Assembly: GCA_036163815.1 (NCBI GenBank)
Contig: JAYZKD010000048.1
Location: forward strand, 1 to 35,093
Origin: Pseudomonadota bacterium
GTDB lineage: Bacteria; Pseudomonadota; Alphaproteobacteria; MED-G09
DNA: 35,093 nucleotides
Reading direction: 5' to 3'
Numbering within the stretch: position 1 is the first letter of the stretch; every line of letters begins with the position of its first letter. The position numbers and the translations under genes are program-made. This document shows, piece by piece, positions 34,821-35,093 of the stretch. Under the pieces are notes generated by a model. It saw only the letters and a program-made list of their open reading frames with translations, was not told the DNA's origin and made no database searches.

Positions 34821-35093
34821 TTACAAATAATTGATTGCTCCTTCAATTATACAGGCGATAAGCAAAAGTCCTAATTGTATAAATGATGCAAAAAAATTAG
34901 ATAGGGCATTTTTTTTAGTAGTATCAATGACTAAAATGATACTTTTCCATAAAAAATATATTCCCCCAACAAGGACTAAAGCTAAATAGATTTTTCCCAT
35001 ATTAAACAACAAAGGAACAAAGGAAATTATAACTAGCAATATAGTCTGAGATAAAATGACATATGCAGAACTTTTGGCTCCTATTAAATTTGG
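34821..35093 (-). CDS. ctaB: Protoheme IX farnesyltransferase (heme O synthase), C-terminal part
   Basis: The frame is open to the window edge (PNLIGAKSSAYVILSQT...GKIYL...GGIYFLWKS...NFFASFIQL). The hydrophobic pattern resembles the CtaB/CyoE C-terminus; catalytic motifs lie outside the window. Confidence 0.65.
   Translation of the reverse strand, partial: PNLIGAKSSAYVILSQTILLVIISFVPLLFNMGKIYLALVLVGGIYFLWKSIILVIDTTKKNALSNFFASFIQLGLLLIACIIEGAINYL

Overview
A very AT-rich (about 30% GC by eye), tightly packed core-genome segment from a streamlined alphaproteobacterium. Gene order and protein variants look Rhizobiales/Parvibaculales-like and probably marine; the taxonomy is inferred, not proven. 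Content in order: corC(partial)-lnt-metK-trmB; a rimP leader followed by rimP-nusA-infB-rbfA-truB-rpsO-pnp; fabA-fabB-fabI (minus strand); katG; ubiE-ubiB-coaBC-moeB-SH3 (minus strand); mutM, enoyl-CoA hydratase, rpsT, dnaA-dnaN-recF-gyrB; then a more variable tail of SCO, an exported ankyrin protein, an amidase, a ferritin-like diiron enzyme and a partial heme O synthase. I found no rRNA, tRNA, CRISPR array, transposase, integrase, phage or defence genes, and no clearly new multi-gene system. The most interesting signals are: (1) a GC-rich, structured, promoter-preceded element hidden inside the truB coding sequence, a candidate intragenic rpsO (S15) regulatory leader; (2) katG in the slot normally held by the iron regulator irr, followed by a 21-bp hairpin; (3) an uncharacterised diiron enzyme and amidase pair near cytochrome oxidase assembly genes.
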